A stretch of DNA of 64,000 bases, from positions 642,867 through 706,866 of the forward strand of contig NMRA01000174.1 in NCBI GenBank assembly GCA_002633005.1, in the 5' to 3' direction. Source of the stretch: Phoronis australis. Taxonomy: Eukaryota > Animalia > Phoronida. The notes under the pieces are model-generated. The model was given only the letters and a program-made list of their open reading frames with translations. It did not search any database and was not told the origin of the DNA. Both the position numbers and the translations under genes were made by a program. Within the stretch, counting starts at the first letter, position 1. Each line of letters begins with the position of its first letter. Positions 38,448-53,400 of the stretch are shown in pieces.

Positions 38448-41400
38448 TCAACCATAAAAATCAAAGTCGTCTTCTTCCTCCGATTGTTTTCCTGCTCCTG
38501 TGCTGATAGCAAGGTCAAGGTCGGAGTCTGTCTCAATATCAGAACCTGTTCGTAAAGCAGCTGTAATGAGAAGAATTTTTTCTATAAGATGTTTGAAAAC
38601 TTTTTTTTCAAATCGTTCTCGAAAAATCAGAGTGTTGATCAAAGTTCTTGAAAAAAATTTAATCTGACGTCATAATTGGAAGAACACACTTAGTATTTGT
38701 GTCCACATATATGTATGTCTTTTGAGAGTGATAGTTGTTCTCAGTATACTGACTAATTACATGATGGAACATGAGGCAAGAGATGTACACAGCTGGAGTA
38801 TACTTGTTTTCGACATTGTGTTTCTGTGTGTCATTTCACTGAGCAAAGTCAATGACTTACTTTAGATTAAACACAGTCAATACTACATGATTATCAATAA
38901 AGATGGAGGAAAATAAGATATATGAAGCACCAATTGCAGTGAGGGAACTGACATCGACATTGAAATAATATGGGAAAATATGGAACTACATTCAGTAAGG
39001 TGGGTTTGATGAGATCACGCAAGATACTGTTAGCTTGCAACCTTCGAAGAAAAATATTTGCCACTGAAAGTGACTATAAAATAGTTATACCGGACTGTTG
39101 CTGCTTGCATTGCAGATTTAAGACACAAGAGCCTCAAGAGCACAATGTCAGTGATTCTTGTCGACTTATGTCCTGTGTGAATGTACAAAGCAAGTTCAAT
39201 TGCGTAACATAAACGTACGTGAAACCTGCAGCCAAAAAAGTTAACTCACCAGGTTTTTTGGCAGTACCACTTCTGGTGCCCATTCCTGTTGCCAGGGGAG
39301 ATAATGGAGAAGTGCCACCTTTAGTACTGCCACTGCAAAAAGATAATGCCGGCTATCTCATTATAAGCTCTACTATGACTCATGCACTTTGCAATGTAGT
39401 GTAGATATTTTCAATAACAGAAAACCACAAATAATAACACTAGCAGCATTATAATATGTAATTTGATCATAAACCTGCTTTCCATAACAATAATCATTTT
39501 TTGATTCAAACAACTAACCATAACAAAAGTTGTCTTGATTTGTTACTTGTGAGAGTTGTTCTAAGTATACTGAATAATTACAAATGCATGCAACACATAA
39601 AGCCATTTTAAATCAGAGGACACCACGACTGCATCTTCATAAATGGAAAAAGCCAACAACACTAGATGGAGCTGAAACTTTTACACAACCCAATTCTTAA
39701 GTTGTGCCAAGACATAACTAATGCATAATGTGAACATACCCTCTATTCAGTCCAGATGGCACATAGCCTGGGGAGGAGGCAGCACTGATGTCAGATGACA
39801 TGTCTGGGGACAGTGCACCACTGCGTGCTGACAGACGACCAGAGGAATGCGACCTAATGAATTAATGTGAATTGTTAAAAATAATGTGCACAATGACATG
39901 CCTACAAATAACCGCACCTAGATCTTCTAAATTCAGGACGTTTTATATAATTATAGAAAACAAAGTGCACGCAACAAGAATCAGCAATTTTGTGAGATAG
40001 GATAACTTGTTCGAAGTCAAAGATACAAATTTAATGAAATATCTGCCAGAAAATGTTTGAATAAGTCTTCAAGTTTAAATTAGATTACATTCATTATCTG
40101 GCTGAATTATGGATAATCCAAAAAGAATACAGAACAAAAAAGTTAATACTTGCAAAATTCTTGTTTCTAATTGTGAAATAATATATTTTTGGCTTAATTA
40201 CCAAAGCACGTTCTAAGCAACGGCCAGTTTATACTGAAAGGAAAAACCAAGTAGATCTTTCTTTTTTACCCTAAAAGATGTCTCTGCACAGAAGGTTAGT
40301 AAAAGCAATCTTGAACTTATAGTGACATTACAGGCAGGAAAAGTGTTTTTCTGAAATTAGCCCCATACAGAATCAAACTCATAATCTCGGCGGTCGTAGT
40401 CAAACACTTAGCTGGCGCAGATAAACCGCACTTGATAAATGGCAGCGTATTTTAAGCTTTGCTTTCAGTGAATGGCTGACAGACAACAGCGAGAATTGGC
40501 AATTTGAAATAAAATAACAAAAACGATAGACTTTGTTATTTTATAGCTCTCGTCAAAGCTAACAACTTCAACAACAATCCCCAAAATGTGTTTTTCGGAT
40601 GTGAAACCAATTATGTCCCCAATTAAAAAACAAATATTTGGCAGTCGAGAGAAGTGACCAACACAAAATTCACCTGTGACTGTTCTGCCGACTATGGGTA
40701 CGGGGTGACAACACGGAGGTCACTTTTTTCTCAATGTCGTCTAGAGAGTCGGAGCCAGAGTCGGAGTAGGTCTGTGGCTTAGACTGAGTCCCACTTCCTC
40801 CAAGAAGATTGCGATAAGCAGCGGTCTCTGCGGACATAGAAAGGCAGTTTCACAACAAACGGTTTGAAATGAGAATCCAGCTTATCTTGACGCAATCCAA
40901 AACTATTATGTATCAGCGCAGTATTTTTTCAAATCAAAATACAATTAAACGGTGGATAACTATGTAATTGTTGCTCATAACTTTTGAAAGTCAACTCCAC
41001 TGGAAGCTCAGTCTAAAAGAGGAACAGGTTTTCTTTGATTAGTTGTAGACACACAAGAGTAGGAGAGACTTATTGGGACACATATTTAACCTAGTACCCT
41101 TTGAAAAAATACAGCATTGTATGGATTCTATAATTTTAGGCAAAAATAACTGTCAACATTGCTATTTTTCAAGTCTCATGTGATGCTTGAAATGCAAAAA
41201 AATATTTTTGTTGTCTGATGATGAGATGTGGTGCAGAAAAAAACATGCTAGTTTCTTCTTAAGACTTAATCAACATTTTTGTTAAGAAATTTGACAGCCT
41301 TTTCACCAGACTGTACCCTAAATTGAAATATCTTTACATTTGTATTTTGTTTGTGAAAACTGCTGAGTGAGGAAGCCATTTGTCTACTATTTATGTTGTG

Positions 41401-44400
41401 GAAGTGTAAAACATTTTTTAAAAACTTACGTGAGAGATCAATACCCCCTCCGGGACTTTCAGCATTGAAGACATCTTCATCACTGTCGTCTCTTTGCGCT
41501 GTACTTTCTAGTTTCAGATGTGGTACTGTGGAATAGTGACAAAAAGTTTAGGAGAGGAATAATAGATATGACCTAGATTAACTCAAAATGTAATGACTTT
41601 GGATCACTATTCAGGAATTCACAACTGAGAGTAGATAGGCATGGTGAATTAAAAATTAGATGAAACCGGAATCAAAACAAAAACATGAATGCATAAAAAT
41701 GTTGACCACTTTAGCTACGAATTGATAGCAATTGTTGGTATGACCTGATCATACTGCTTTCCAGTGACTAAGTACAGACGAAAACACAAGGTAATTTTGA
41801 TTATTAACTTGTCTAAAATCAAACTAAGGCATTTAGGACATGTTTACACACAACCACAGAATATAAAGAATGAACTGTAAGCAAACTGTCAAATCACCTG
41901 ATCAGCGAATTGCATTACTTTACAACACCCCTACAGTACACACTCATACCTCCTGTTTGCTTCTCACTAGCAGCTGGTGATAGTGGTGGAGTTGGTACAG
42001 ACTCAGAAGATGATTCCTGGTCATCGCCAGGTGTGCTAAGGATGTTGGTGATTAGAGATATGGCCTAAAAAGAATGAAAAGTTGCTAGGCTGTACAGAAC
42101 AAGAAACGTGGAATAAAGCCACCATTAAAATATTGTTTATTTCTTCTCAGATGACGCTTCTGCTTTGAGACAGATAGGTTGGTAGGTAAACGATTTTATT
42201 TTTCATCTTTCGATGTTGGGTTGTGTTAATTTTTGTTGCAACAAATACATCACATTTACAACTGAAAACATTCCTTTATGTTCACATGAGTAATACTTTG
42301 CAATTTGGTCTGACACAAAGTCAATACCAGAACATGTAAGCAGTGATATTACCACAGACCGATACCATACTGTATAACACACTGTAAATTACTTAAAAGA
42401 AACGTTAAATTATTGATAAAGGGTAACTTATCTTACAAATCATTTCTACGCTGCTCACCAATTTCCACGTACATTTATTATGTCTTGAGAGCCTGGTTTA
42501 ACAAGCAAAGGTGCAAAAATGTCAGCGATGTTTGCTGGGGTCATGACTTTGTGATTCACAAGGACTCTCCAATGACTGTAGAGATTATTCCAAAGGTTCA
42601 TAGCAGATGACGGAATCTTTGTCCTTCAATAACAAACAAAAATAGATCATCAGCAAATCTTGTTTACAGAAACAAACTAAAGTTCTTAATATGGGTAACT
42701 AAGGAATACTTGCACAACTATTATTTCACTATTTAGTAAGGCACGCAAAACAAAGTGAGTTTCATAGTTGAAAAGTTTGTTCACTAGCAGATGTTTTATC
42801 CTATCAGTGGACACACTTAAATCAAAATATTTGACTGTCACACAACTCATAACAATCATATGACATTGCCTAATGTTTCGAGAAAAAACTGACAAACATT
42901 TGGATATTTCCCAAAAAGTAAAACAACTACAACACATATCTAAAAGTCATTTATTGAAAAAATGAAAGTTCAGATTTTATAATGGAAATTCTGTTAAACA
43001 ATATTACTAAGAAAATGTTCATTTTTGTCTGAAATATAACCTTACCTAGTATTTTCTTGATATGAAGCTGTCACTTAAAAATTTCAACATCCGACATGTT
43101 TCGGATAGAATGTTTATTGCTAAAACAAAAATTACAGAGGAGGCAGTGTGGCCTGGTTGATAAGTGCCCGCTTTCTTTACTCGAGGTCGTGGGTTCAAGT
43201 ACCACCAGGTCAAACTGCTAAACCCTTGAGCCAGGTTTCTAGCTCCTCAGCTCGGTTTTAACCCTATATTAATAAAGCATAAAAATATTTCCAGGTGATC
43301 AGCGCAATGGGCCCACATTCGAGGCCTGCACACGTTTGGTACAACGTGTATCAGACCGCCTGCAATTATTTNCGAAACATAAAGAGCAACTTCCGCTTTT
43401 CGAAGTGAACGTCGTCTGCAACGCCGCGGTAAGAAAGGAATTTGCCGCGGAAATTTTATATCAAATCCGATTTTTTTACGCGGAAATATTATAAAAAAAG
43501 CGGAAAGCACATTTGAAAAAAGCGGAAATCCGCGTTTCCGCGGAAAATTCCAAGCCCTGAGCTCCTCAGCTCGGTTTTAACCCTATATTAATAAAGCATA
43601 AAAATATTTCCAGGTGATCAGTGCAATGGGCCCACATTCGAGGCCTGCACACGTTTGGTACAACGTGTATCAGACCGCCTGCAATTATTTATTTTTTTTT
43701 AAAACAGAAATTACTACATACCTCAGTTCATCTTCAGTCTTGAAACTCTTGGCCAGTTTCAGAGTTTTATCAGGCAGGAGGCAACCATCTTCTAAGTCCT
43801 TCACCACCAGGGGGAGCTGATCCAAAATCACCATACTCACGAGAGAAGGTTCTGTTTGGTCAACATTGCCGCCAGTGTTTGCATTCCTTCAAAGTTAAAA
43901 TTTTGTCAATGTGGGTAAAAATGTTTAGACTTTCAGTTTGGAAGCAGCGGTAGACAGGTTATAGCAGACATTTGACATTAGCTTTTTAGCATGGTGAGAG
44001 CAACAAAGCGACTTGCACTTGATCTAATTTCAAAATTCTAGTGTACATTTAAGACAAAATGCCATTTCTTTGATCTCCGGATATTTTGTGTCGCTGGACT
44101 TTTTTGTACAAAGCATTTGAATTATTATCTCAATACATAATCGTCTGTGGTAAGTTAACGACATGATGATGACAAAGAATTTCTAATTTCTGTGTAAATT
44201 CTATTACATAAAATCTCCACACACGACATAGGTGAACTGTAGGTGGCACTGCACATTGTCCATCACATACTCTATCACCATCTAGTAACACACTTCATTT
44301 CGACATGTAGCTGCAATTTTGGAAAATGGTTATTGCCAGGTACAGATTGCAGAAGACTGCAGTTTGAAATCTGTCAAAGCAATCGACTTTCCAACTAGAA

Positions 44401-47400
44401 GCTAGTCTTACTTAGTTCACCAAATTACAAAACAGACCAAGGGCAAATTAGTGTAGATGACAAAATGCTTGGTTACCTAAGTGATACCCATGGATAAAAT
44501 GGATAGCTGCTGTTCACAAGAGGCAGCAGCAATGGGGGGAGCTGGTCTACATTGAGCCAAGTCTGTAGGCCAGGACTCCAAATTCCAGTCTAGCATAACT
44601 AAGCAGAGACTGGGCAGTTATCCCCCTATTAAAATACTGAGCACTGCTTAGGCACTATGACTATTACCTTGGGACATCTGATTCATGTTTCACACAACGG
44701 TGAGTGTCGAATGTTCGATTTGGCTTTACGACAGTACCAAATAATCATGAAAAAGGCAAGTTAACAAATAACACTTATTTTGTATGGTTATACTGAGGTC
44801 AGAATAAAGCTCATAGATATTATTTTTGGTTCAATAAATCACCTCCTTCCTACTTGACCTTACTTGAAGTTGGACCACTTCTGACCTTCCAATAAAATTT
44901 TAACATTATTCAGATTTGAGCAGAATCCTCTGGCAATCTAGGATGCAACAGTTAACACAAAACAAAAACTGCTTAGAATTACTGACATGAATAAGAAACA
45001 CGAGAACCATAGGCATACCTTAAGACAAGAACCATACACCTACCTTAATATCTCCAAACGAGTTGTAGAGGTCGGGATGTCTGTGCGATAGAACCTGCTG
45101 TGGCTAGATATGTACTTGAGACTGTCCTGCACTGCCTCAAGGAGTGCTATCAGGCCACTCTCACTTACAACCACATCCGGACTGGTGGCACTAAACAGCA
45201 ACAGAAGCATGACATCAGCACAAAGACTATGCTGCTTAAATTAAAATGTGTCAACAGCTCAAGTTTTACAGGAAAAAATATCCAAGCAACGAACTAAATT
45301 TAGATAGAGCAAATGTGATTTGGGTTTTTAATATACAAAATATAATGATAAATTTGTAACATTCAGTTTCACAGCCTGATGTATAGTGCATTGGAAATGC
45401 ACATGAGAATGCAACTTTCGACTTTCTCATTTTGCTTTTCCTAAAGAGGAACCAGGTGCAGGTTTTTAAATGAAGCGACTCTGAAGAGATCATCAAGACT
45501 ACATGAGATAACACCATGCATTTCATTTGCATCGACTCCTGAATAACATGTGTTACTTAACAACACAACCTGAATAACAAATTTTGCCTAAAGACCTATT
45601 ACTCACTTCCTAGGACTTTCACCACCAACTGAGGCAAGCTCCTCCCTGTGTGAGGCAACCGGTGACAAAGAGGACTGCTTGACATCTGTTTCCTCCCTCA
45701 CAACTGGGCTCTGTGGGGACACGGAGGGGCTGCTCACCTCAGACACAGTCAAACTGAGGTTGCTGTCTTTGTCTTGATCTTGATGCTCATGTTGCTTAGA
45801 TTCTAATGACAATTATTTAATTCTAATAAGTACAGTACAACTCAAGACACAAACAATGAAATCTTCATAATTATGGACCCAGAGGTGCACATTGCTAAAT
45901 TTCTGGGTTTACGGAATATTTTAAAAGTCTGGGATGAGTTGCACAGAACTGCGAACCATATCAACTGAAATGCTGCTTGACATGAAAAACATTGTTCAAC
46001 AATGACAACTTGAAGCATGAGGATGAGACACCATTGTTGTTCTTCAACACATAACTTTTTGTACAGGTTGCATCAAGTAGTAAACTGTTGAGTAGTCAAA
46101 GCCTCATTGTCAGCTTGTCACACCATAAAAAGCAACATAAAAATGAATGCCATGCATCTATAATGAACTTCAAATGTTTCATATAATCCTGTGAAGGAAA
46201 CATTCTGTGATTTATGGATGTTAACCAACTGTCAGGGTCTAAATGACAACTGGATTGCATACATTTCCATCACTCAATCATTGCATCTTACTCACCAGCT
46301 CCTCTCGGGCTAGTCATTGGTATCTCCTCTCTTCTCTCAGCTTCCTTAGTCATATCCTTGATACCATCTTCCTTAACTAGAGACTGTCGCTGTTGAGTAG
46401 GCAAGCTCTTCACCATTGGATCTCCTGCTTGACCAGAAGGCACGCCACTCTCGTGTCTCAGCTCATCAGCCGCGCGGCTTGCATACTGTCTTGGGGACAG
46501 AACAGAAGCAGACAGATCCCTTCCTGTAGCATCCTGGGCCACAGATTTCCATCGAGGTGATACTTCCGATGTTTTGCCAGTCCGAGGTGTCATGGGACCT
46601 GAGGTGGCAAGTGGTTGATTTGTTTGTGGCGAGACTCTCGCCATGTCAGACACTGATGTACCAACAGCAGCAGTGGGCGGGTTCTGTTGAGTTGATTGTG
46701 ACTGCAGGTAGTCTGTGCGCCTTGGGACCTCATTATTGCCATGGTGAATACGGGGAGTGGTTACGGAGATTTGCTGGTTTACTTGTAACAGTGGTTGGCT
46801 GGTGGAATCCAGCACCGGCGTGTGATGTGGAGCTGATCTCAGGTTTGGTTGAGACGTGATAGCAGGACCGTCTGTCTGGTTGAATGGCTGGTTTGACGAG
46901 TACCCGGGCAGACGAAGATGGTTCGGATAAGGTGCAGCAAGTGAGAGGGAGTCGTTCATTGAGTCAGCAGAGGTATTCCTGTCACCTGCTGCAGTGATCA
47001 GAGGATGGGGCGCAGTTTCCATTCCAGGTCTCAGACCTATCTGTGATGCCATCAGAGTACCTGGTGCATTCTGATGTGGTGTCAGTTCATTTCTAGTAGG
47101 AAAATGTGAAGGCGAACTTTGCATCAGTTGCTGGTGAGGCTCGAAGCTAGCGATACGGCTCTGTGGAGGTCCACTGTTCCACTGAGGCTGTGACATGGAA
47201 TGTTGTGGGGGCGGAGCTGGTGGAATAAAGCCTTGACTGAGACGTGATTGGTCAGGACTGGGATACCAGGATTGAGAGGGTGTTCCATATGACTGAGGTA
47301 AAAGGTGGCCAGGGATCGGCTGATACTGGGATGAAATGCTTGGGCCGGTAAAACTACCCTCTTGTTCTTGACGATTCTGAAATTAAATTTGTCATGCTAC

Positions 47401-50400
47401 TACTTAACTAAATGAAGGAATCCTGACAGATTTTAATAATTACGAGCAAATACAACATTTTTCCATAACAAAAATAAAAATGGTTGATAAAATCATTCAA
47501 AACAACAACTGAATGTGCCCTATCAAATTAAAAAATATTGCATATGCCTGGAGAGGAATTGATCTAGAACTCAAAACGAGATAAGATTTCAAAACAGGAA
47601 TTAATTTCAAATCACAGAATACCAAGTCTCTGACAATAAATAACTTTTCGTGTCTTCCAAGATCTACCTTCACCCCATGAGCATAACTTATGAAGTACAC
47701 TTACATCAGACTGGATATTAAATAAAACAGGATATCAAGTGAAATCTCAAATAATTTAGGACGCAACAAGGCAGACAACTGAAATTTATTTTTTTCTCGT
47801 TTTTCATTTGAGACAAGTAGCACCAAACAAATGCTTTTTCATTAGTTCTACACCATAGCTACAATCCGAAAATGCTCCCAATAACATAAAAACCATTGGA
47901 AAATGAAAAAATCATCTATAGAAAACATTCCAATACCTTAGCTTCCTCCAATTTCTCCATAACACGTTGTCTCCATCTTGGATACAGACGCTCAATGTAA
48001 TCTTCATACTGCCTCTATCAAAGATGAGTGTTAGAAATAGATATAACCAATTTTATTCACTGACAGCCAGTAAGGAGGTAATTGTTGCTGACTTGGCAAG
48101 CCACAGCACTTATAAATAGCCTTGCTTGCATGTGTGTTTGAGGCTTTTGAAAAAAGGTGGAGACCTCAGCTGAAACTGATGAGGGTGGGTGCTTTCTTAT
48201 TCTAGAACATTATGTCCTCGGCATTTAGCTGACATATATAGACCCTTAATAGTGGGATTTGGAAGAATAACTATAATATTTATACTAGAACTGTTACTAT
48301 AAAGTGCTTAACAAACCCACTCCCTGGTTCTTATTTGAGAAGCCTCACTTAATCAAGAATGGTGTTTTTAACTGGTTTTTACCAGGTACATATTCGAGAC
48401 TGGCTCTTATTAAGGAACCATCACAAATATCCAACATTATGGTAAGCTGTCACCAAGCCAGTGTCTTCACATTGTCTTATCATCTGAAGGATTGCTCAGA
48501 GAGGGTTGTGAGTGCAAGTGTTCTTAAGCTCCTTTTAATTCAAGACTAGTTGACAGAACAATTTTTACTGCTGAGTAGTCTCGGGCCTACTACTAACTAA
48601 ACATAAGTCAACATTACGCATGGAACTTAATGAATAGATGTATTGCAGGCACTGGAAATCATGACCAGTGACGTAATGGTTATTTCAAAAGTGTATATAA
48701 CGTGCAGAAGCCAATCCATGGTTGTCAAGTGGAACAAACTCTATTCAAAACAATGTCTACTTATAAAAACTCAAACATAATGTGCAGTTGACACTGTAAC
48801 ATCATTCAACATTAAGTGAGTGCCAGGTCTGCAAAACTGACCTTGTTGAATAAGTGCCGTGTAAAAATGTCTGAAAAATAAGCTCCCGGGCGCTAATAGG
48901 TGACACTATAGCATTTGCAAGTCAGGCTATCAGCAATTAGTTTTCTTCTTTATTACTAGTGAATATGGCAGGGGTTGGATGCCCCAGCTACATATCGCTA
49001 CAACATACCGTAAACTCGCGAGTTAATGCCTATGCCCGGGTAATCGTCCATCCCCGACTTTTTGCCAATTTTCGGGTTTAAGCACCCACTGCTTGAGTCA
49101 TCGCCCACTCCCCTGGCTCAGGGTTTCCCAATTTAAGCACCCAGGGCTTTAACCTGCGAGTTTACAGTAAATAATAGTATATCATACAGAACACTTGTGG
49201 CGTGCTATATACAACCTTCTTCAATCTCAGCCTCTCGGTCTTTGCACGCAGTGCACCCATTGAGCTCTCCACCCTGTCAAGTTCCCGCAGCAACCGTTCA
49301 TTTCGCGCTCGGCTTTTCTTCTCGTCTTCACAAATTTTCTTCCAGTAGACCTGCAGCTTGGCCGCTTCTAATTTTTGCCTGCGGTAAGAACACAACTAAC
49401 TTCAACAACTTGCTAGATAAGGTTCATAAAGTATTAAAGTCAAGATCAAATAAGACTTTAACAAAAGTTCAGATGCCCGTCCTCTTCAATAACACACTGG
49501 TCATACGACTGCATGTGTTGTTATACTTTATTGTCCATGACCTATTGTAATCACTTTTCACCACACCATGCTTGCGAAAGACAACTACAAAAGACTGTTA
49601 AAAATAAAACCGCATTAGGAAATACTGGATGCAAAACTTCATCAAAAACCACATAACCCAAAAAATAATACCTGACCAGTAAAAGACAGAGATTGTAGTT
49701 AATTCTTCACTTATTTAGCACACAATATGGCCGACCAGTCAAACTCTGTTTTGTCAAATTTCTCCACAAAAACAAAGGTTAAGAAAATTTTAGCCTATTA
49801 CTAGGCAGCACGGTTTGTACTGTGTGGTTGTCATAAAACAAACTTTTGGTAAATTTTCCATCATTCACAGCAAAATATTCAGCCCTTGAAAAATGGAATT
49901 TTACAATTTTTGCAATTGTGTGAAGAAATGCTTTCAGGCCATGTATACAATAAGAATGAAGTCATGTGGTGCTTCAATCAACTTAAAACTACATTAAAAA
50001 AGAAAGTTAAGAAACAGAAAACTTACAATCTTTCATCTGACTTGTGGTACATTTTGAGCTGATGTGATAGTTCCTTTCTTTTCTGTTCACTGGAATGAGA
50101 AGGAATTGTGAAATTTTATATGAATTTTAGTAAGAGTGCAACAGCAGATGGATACATGTGGCATAAATTCTTTTGGTTGTCACTCTCGTTTTTTCTGCAA
50201 AAAGAAAATTAATAAAAAAGGTCACAAAGTGTCACACTTAGATGGTAATCTCTTGATAATTCACAAAAGGAAGATGATGATATATCACAATTAATACATC
50301 TAAAATATTTTTTTAAATTTGTGCCGTGCATAAAAGCCTTGATAACTCTTTTTCCATAATTTGGCAATTGAATTATCACAATATTTACTTCAAAGATAAT

Positions 50401-53400
50401 GCATCACCTTGAGCTCTGTGTGGAAATCACACCCATAGCATAAGTTGTAAAATAAGTACAGTAAGTTTACTGATGTTTTAAACATTCAGTATTGAGAACA
50501 TTTTGTAACAGAATAATATTGCCTCATCTAAATTATCGTATACATATATAGAGCAGTGAACATTAGCAATTAATATTTGGTTTGCAAAAGAATGTTAATA
50601 GATTTATTACAAATATATTGATCGCTCTGAGCCTTTGTTCAAGACATCACGCATTCTTAAAATTGAAGATTTACACATGGCTGCCATTATCAAATTCTTC
50701 TGTTTAAATATGTTACTAACATGCTAACGAACTATTTCAATATAATTGCTCTCCGTTCTAGCATTCACCACCATTACACCAGGCAAAGAAATCTACTAAG
50801 AACTAACTTCTGTTCTAAAAATCGTTTTAAAAATTCTCTGCGTATTGTTTTACCTAACCTTATAAAACAGTCATTCATGCTGTAACCTTGACAAGATTTA
50901 TACAAAGTCATTCTCTATTTAGTGTAATAAATTATTTTAGGAATCGTTGCTTTGACAAATATTGTCTTGATTGCATCACTGCCAACTGCTGTTTGTGACT
51001 CTGCATAAGAATCATTAAATTTTGATAATATATTGTTTGCCGTTATTTATTTAATGTCTTAATGTCATTAGTATGAATTTGTTCATGAATAAAAATTTCA
51101 TTGTTACGTTCATTTATTTGTTCGTAATATTTATTGTAACTTTTATTTGTTTATAATTACCTTCCTATAAATTATAGGTGGCCCTATGATCAGCAGGCTG
51201 AAAAGTCTTTTACAGGGCCTTCCCTAATTTAATATAAAAATTATAATTGGACTTTTAGTTTTGTGCACAACTACTACGTGCACTTTTAAATTTTAAAGTG
51301 ATACTTTTCATTCAAAACCTTCAATACTAAAGATTAATTAGCTTAAACCATCAACACTCCTGTTTTAAAGGTCAATATGATCAATATCTGATGCAAGCTC
51401 CAGAAATTTGCCCTGGGCATGATCATAATAAATTCAAATGAGAGTGAGCTGAATCGCCAAGCATGGATCATTACAGGGTCATAGCTAGGCAATACATCAT
51501 GACAATTGCATACAAGCAATAACCCAAAAATGGCTCAACTGATTTAATTTTTGTTTGACATAACAATGTATACTAAACAACAAATGACTGGTTTTTATAA
51601 TCAGGGGTTACAACTATCCAGTATCTAACTTGCGGTAATACTGCATTGTAGCCATGGGTCTAAATTATCCGGAAGTCAAACCTACTGCACTTTAAATCAT
51701 TTTGATGGATTCTATCTGCCTAATATAAAGGGTCAAAGGTAATTCTTTAAACTTTTTCAAAGACAAAGAGAAAGATGAAATGTTTATCTTTTGAAGTATT
51801 CAAAAATGTACATGATATTGGAACCTGTCCTTTGTCAGGAAAGCTTGAATTTAGAAAGTCGGCAATGAGTCAATTTACTGCCTTAAATGAATTTGCCACT
51901 CATGCTTATGATTTTTTCTCCGAGAATTGCTCTTGTGAAAACTGCTACAGATGTCTACACACCCCATAACATGTACATGTACTTTTGCATTAAAATTTAT
52001 GTTAAAATTCTGTATATTTTCTGTACTGTAGTTTGCGTTTGTAGATTTCAAAAATTGTCAGATAATAGCACTAAGTGCTAATGTTTCATTGTTAAACCTC
52101 ACCGACTTTTAAATAAAGATCATTACTACTTTCGACTATTAGGGTTGGGAACGTCATTTATGAGTTAAAGGGTTAAGATTAGTGCTGGGCAGGCCTTCAT
52201 GCAGCGTACGTCCTGGGCGTCCATTTGTAGACGCCCTGGCAAGGACGCCCAATGTATCATTTGGACGCCCTGTCACTCAGAATTTCTCCAGTTTGGACAC
52301 CCACATTGAAAGATTACTAAGACTCCCAGTTAATCAAAGCTGGAAGATGGCCCTTTTAACTCCGAAAGAGATATACAAAGTATTTAAAATGTTGCAATAT
52401 TCTAACTATTTTCAAACTAGTTGGTAGACCTGTCAATCATTAGCCCGTGGTTGGTTGCCAGAGTGTCTGCTTTCAATAGACTCACATGCCACTGCCATTC
52501 TGCACTTTATATAGGGACATGGACCTTGCTTAACTCCAAACTGGTGTTTCAGAGCTGTAATTTCATGTACTTCATCTTTTTTTAAAAATACCAAAAGCAA
52601 AATAAATGTCATTACTTTAATAATATGATGTGCCGCAAGAATATCCCCATTTAAAATGTTTGAGTTTTCGCCTGTTTCATACTTTTCTATGTGCGTCTAA
52701 AATGGAGCAGCAGTGACACCTGTTGTCAAAATATAAACCACACATCATCTGTGCATTTTTCTTTTGTTGGTAACTACAGCTTTGATGACTCATTGTACAG
52801 AATATAAAGCTAGTGAAGTTGATATAATAAACTTTATAACAGAATTTGACTTGAGATGACCAAAAACAGTGCACTCATCGTTCAACCAATATCTGTAATA
52901 TCTGTAATACCCGTTTGGTAAGCTATTTGGCTGTTTTCGTAAATTTAAACATAAAAGTCTTGATCAACAGTTTTTTAGTACTTAAAAAAGCCCAATACAA
53001 GGGAGCTGTTTTTGTAAACTTAGGTGTAAAAGCCTTGTTCAACGCATTTTTTAATTNTGGATGCAAAACTTCATCAAAAACCACATAATCCAAAAAATAA
53101 AACCTGGCCAGAAAAAGACAGAGATTGTAGTTAATTCTTCACTTATTTAGCACACAATGTGGCCGACCAGTGAAACACAGTTTTGTCAAATTTCTCCACA
53201 AAAACAAAGGTTAAGAAAATTATAGCCTACTACTAGGCAGCATGGTTTGTACTGTGTGGCTGTCATAAAACAAACTTTTGGTAAATTTTCCATCATTCAC
53301 AGTAAAGTATTCAGCCCTTGAAAAATGGAAAATTACAAGTTTTGCAATTATGAGAAGAAATGCTGTTAGGTCATGTATACAATAAGAATGAAGCCATGTG

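Noticed and set aside
39219-39225. 7 nt microexon-like segment (GCAG|GTTTCAC|GTACGT on the minus strand)
   Set aside because: The upstream intron would be only 24 nt and inclusion would shift the frame.
43138-43210. tRNA gene candidates here and at 30953
   Set aside because: A and B boxes are present but no convincing cloverleaf. Both continue into a shared non-tRNA tail, so they are SINEs.
44864-44937. Possible extra KIZ exon with AG and GTAAGG boundaries
   Set aside because: In the required phase it reads into TGA after eight codons, and the flanking exons join in frame without it.
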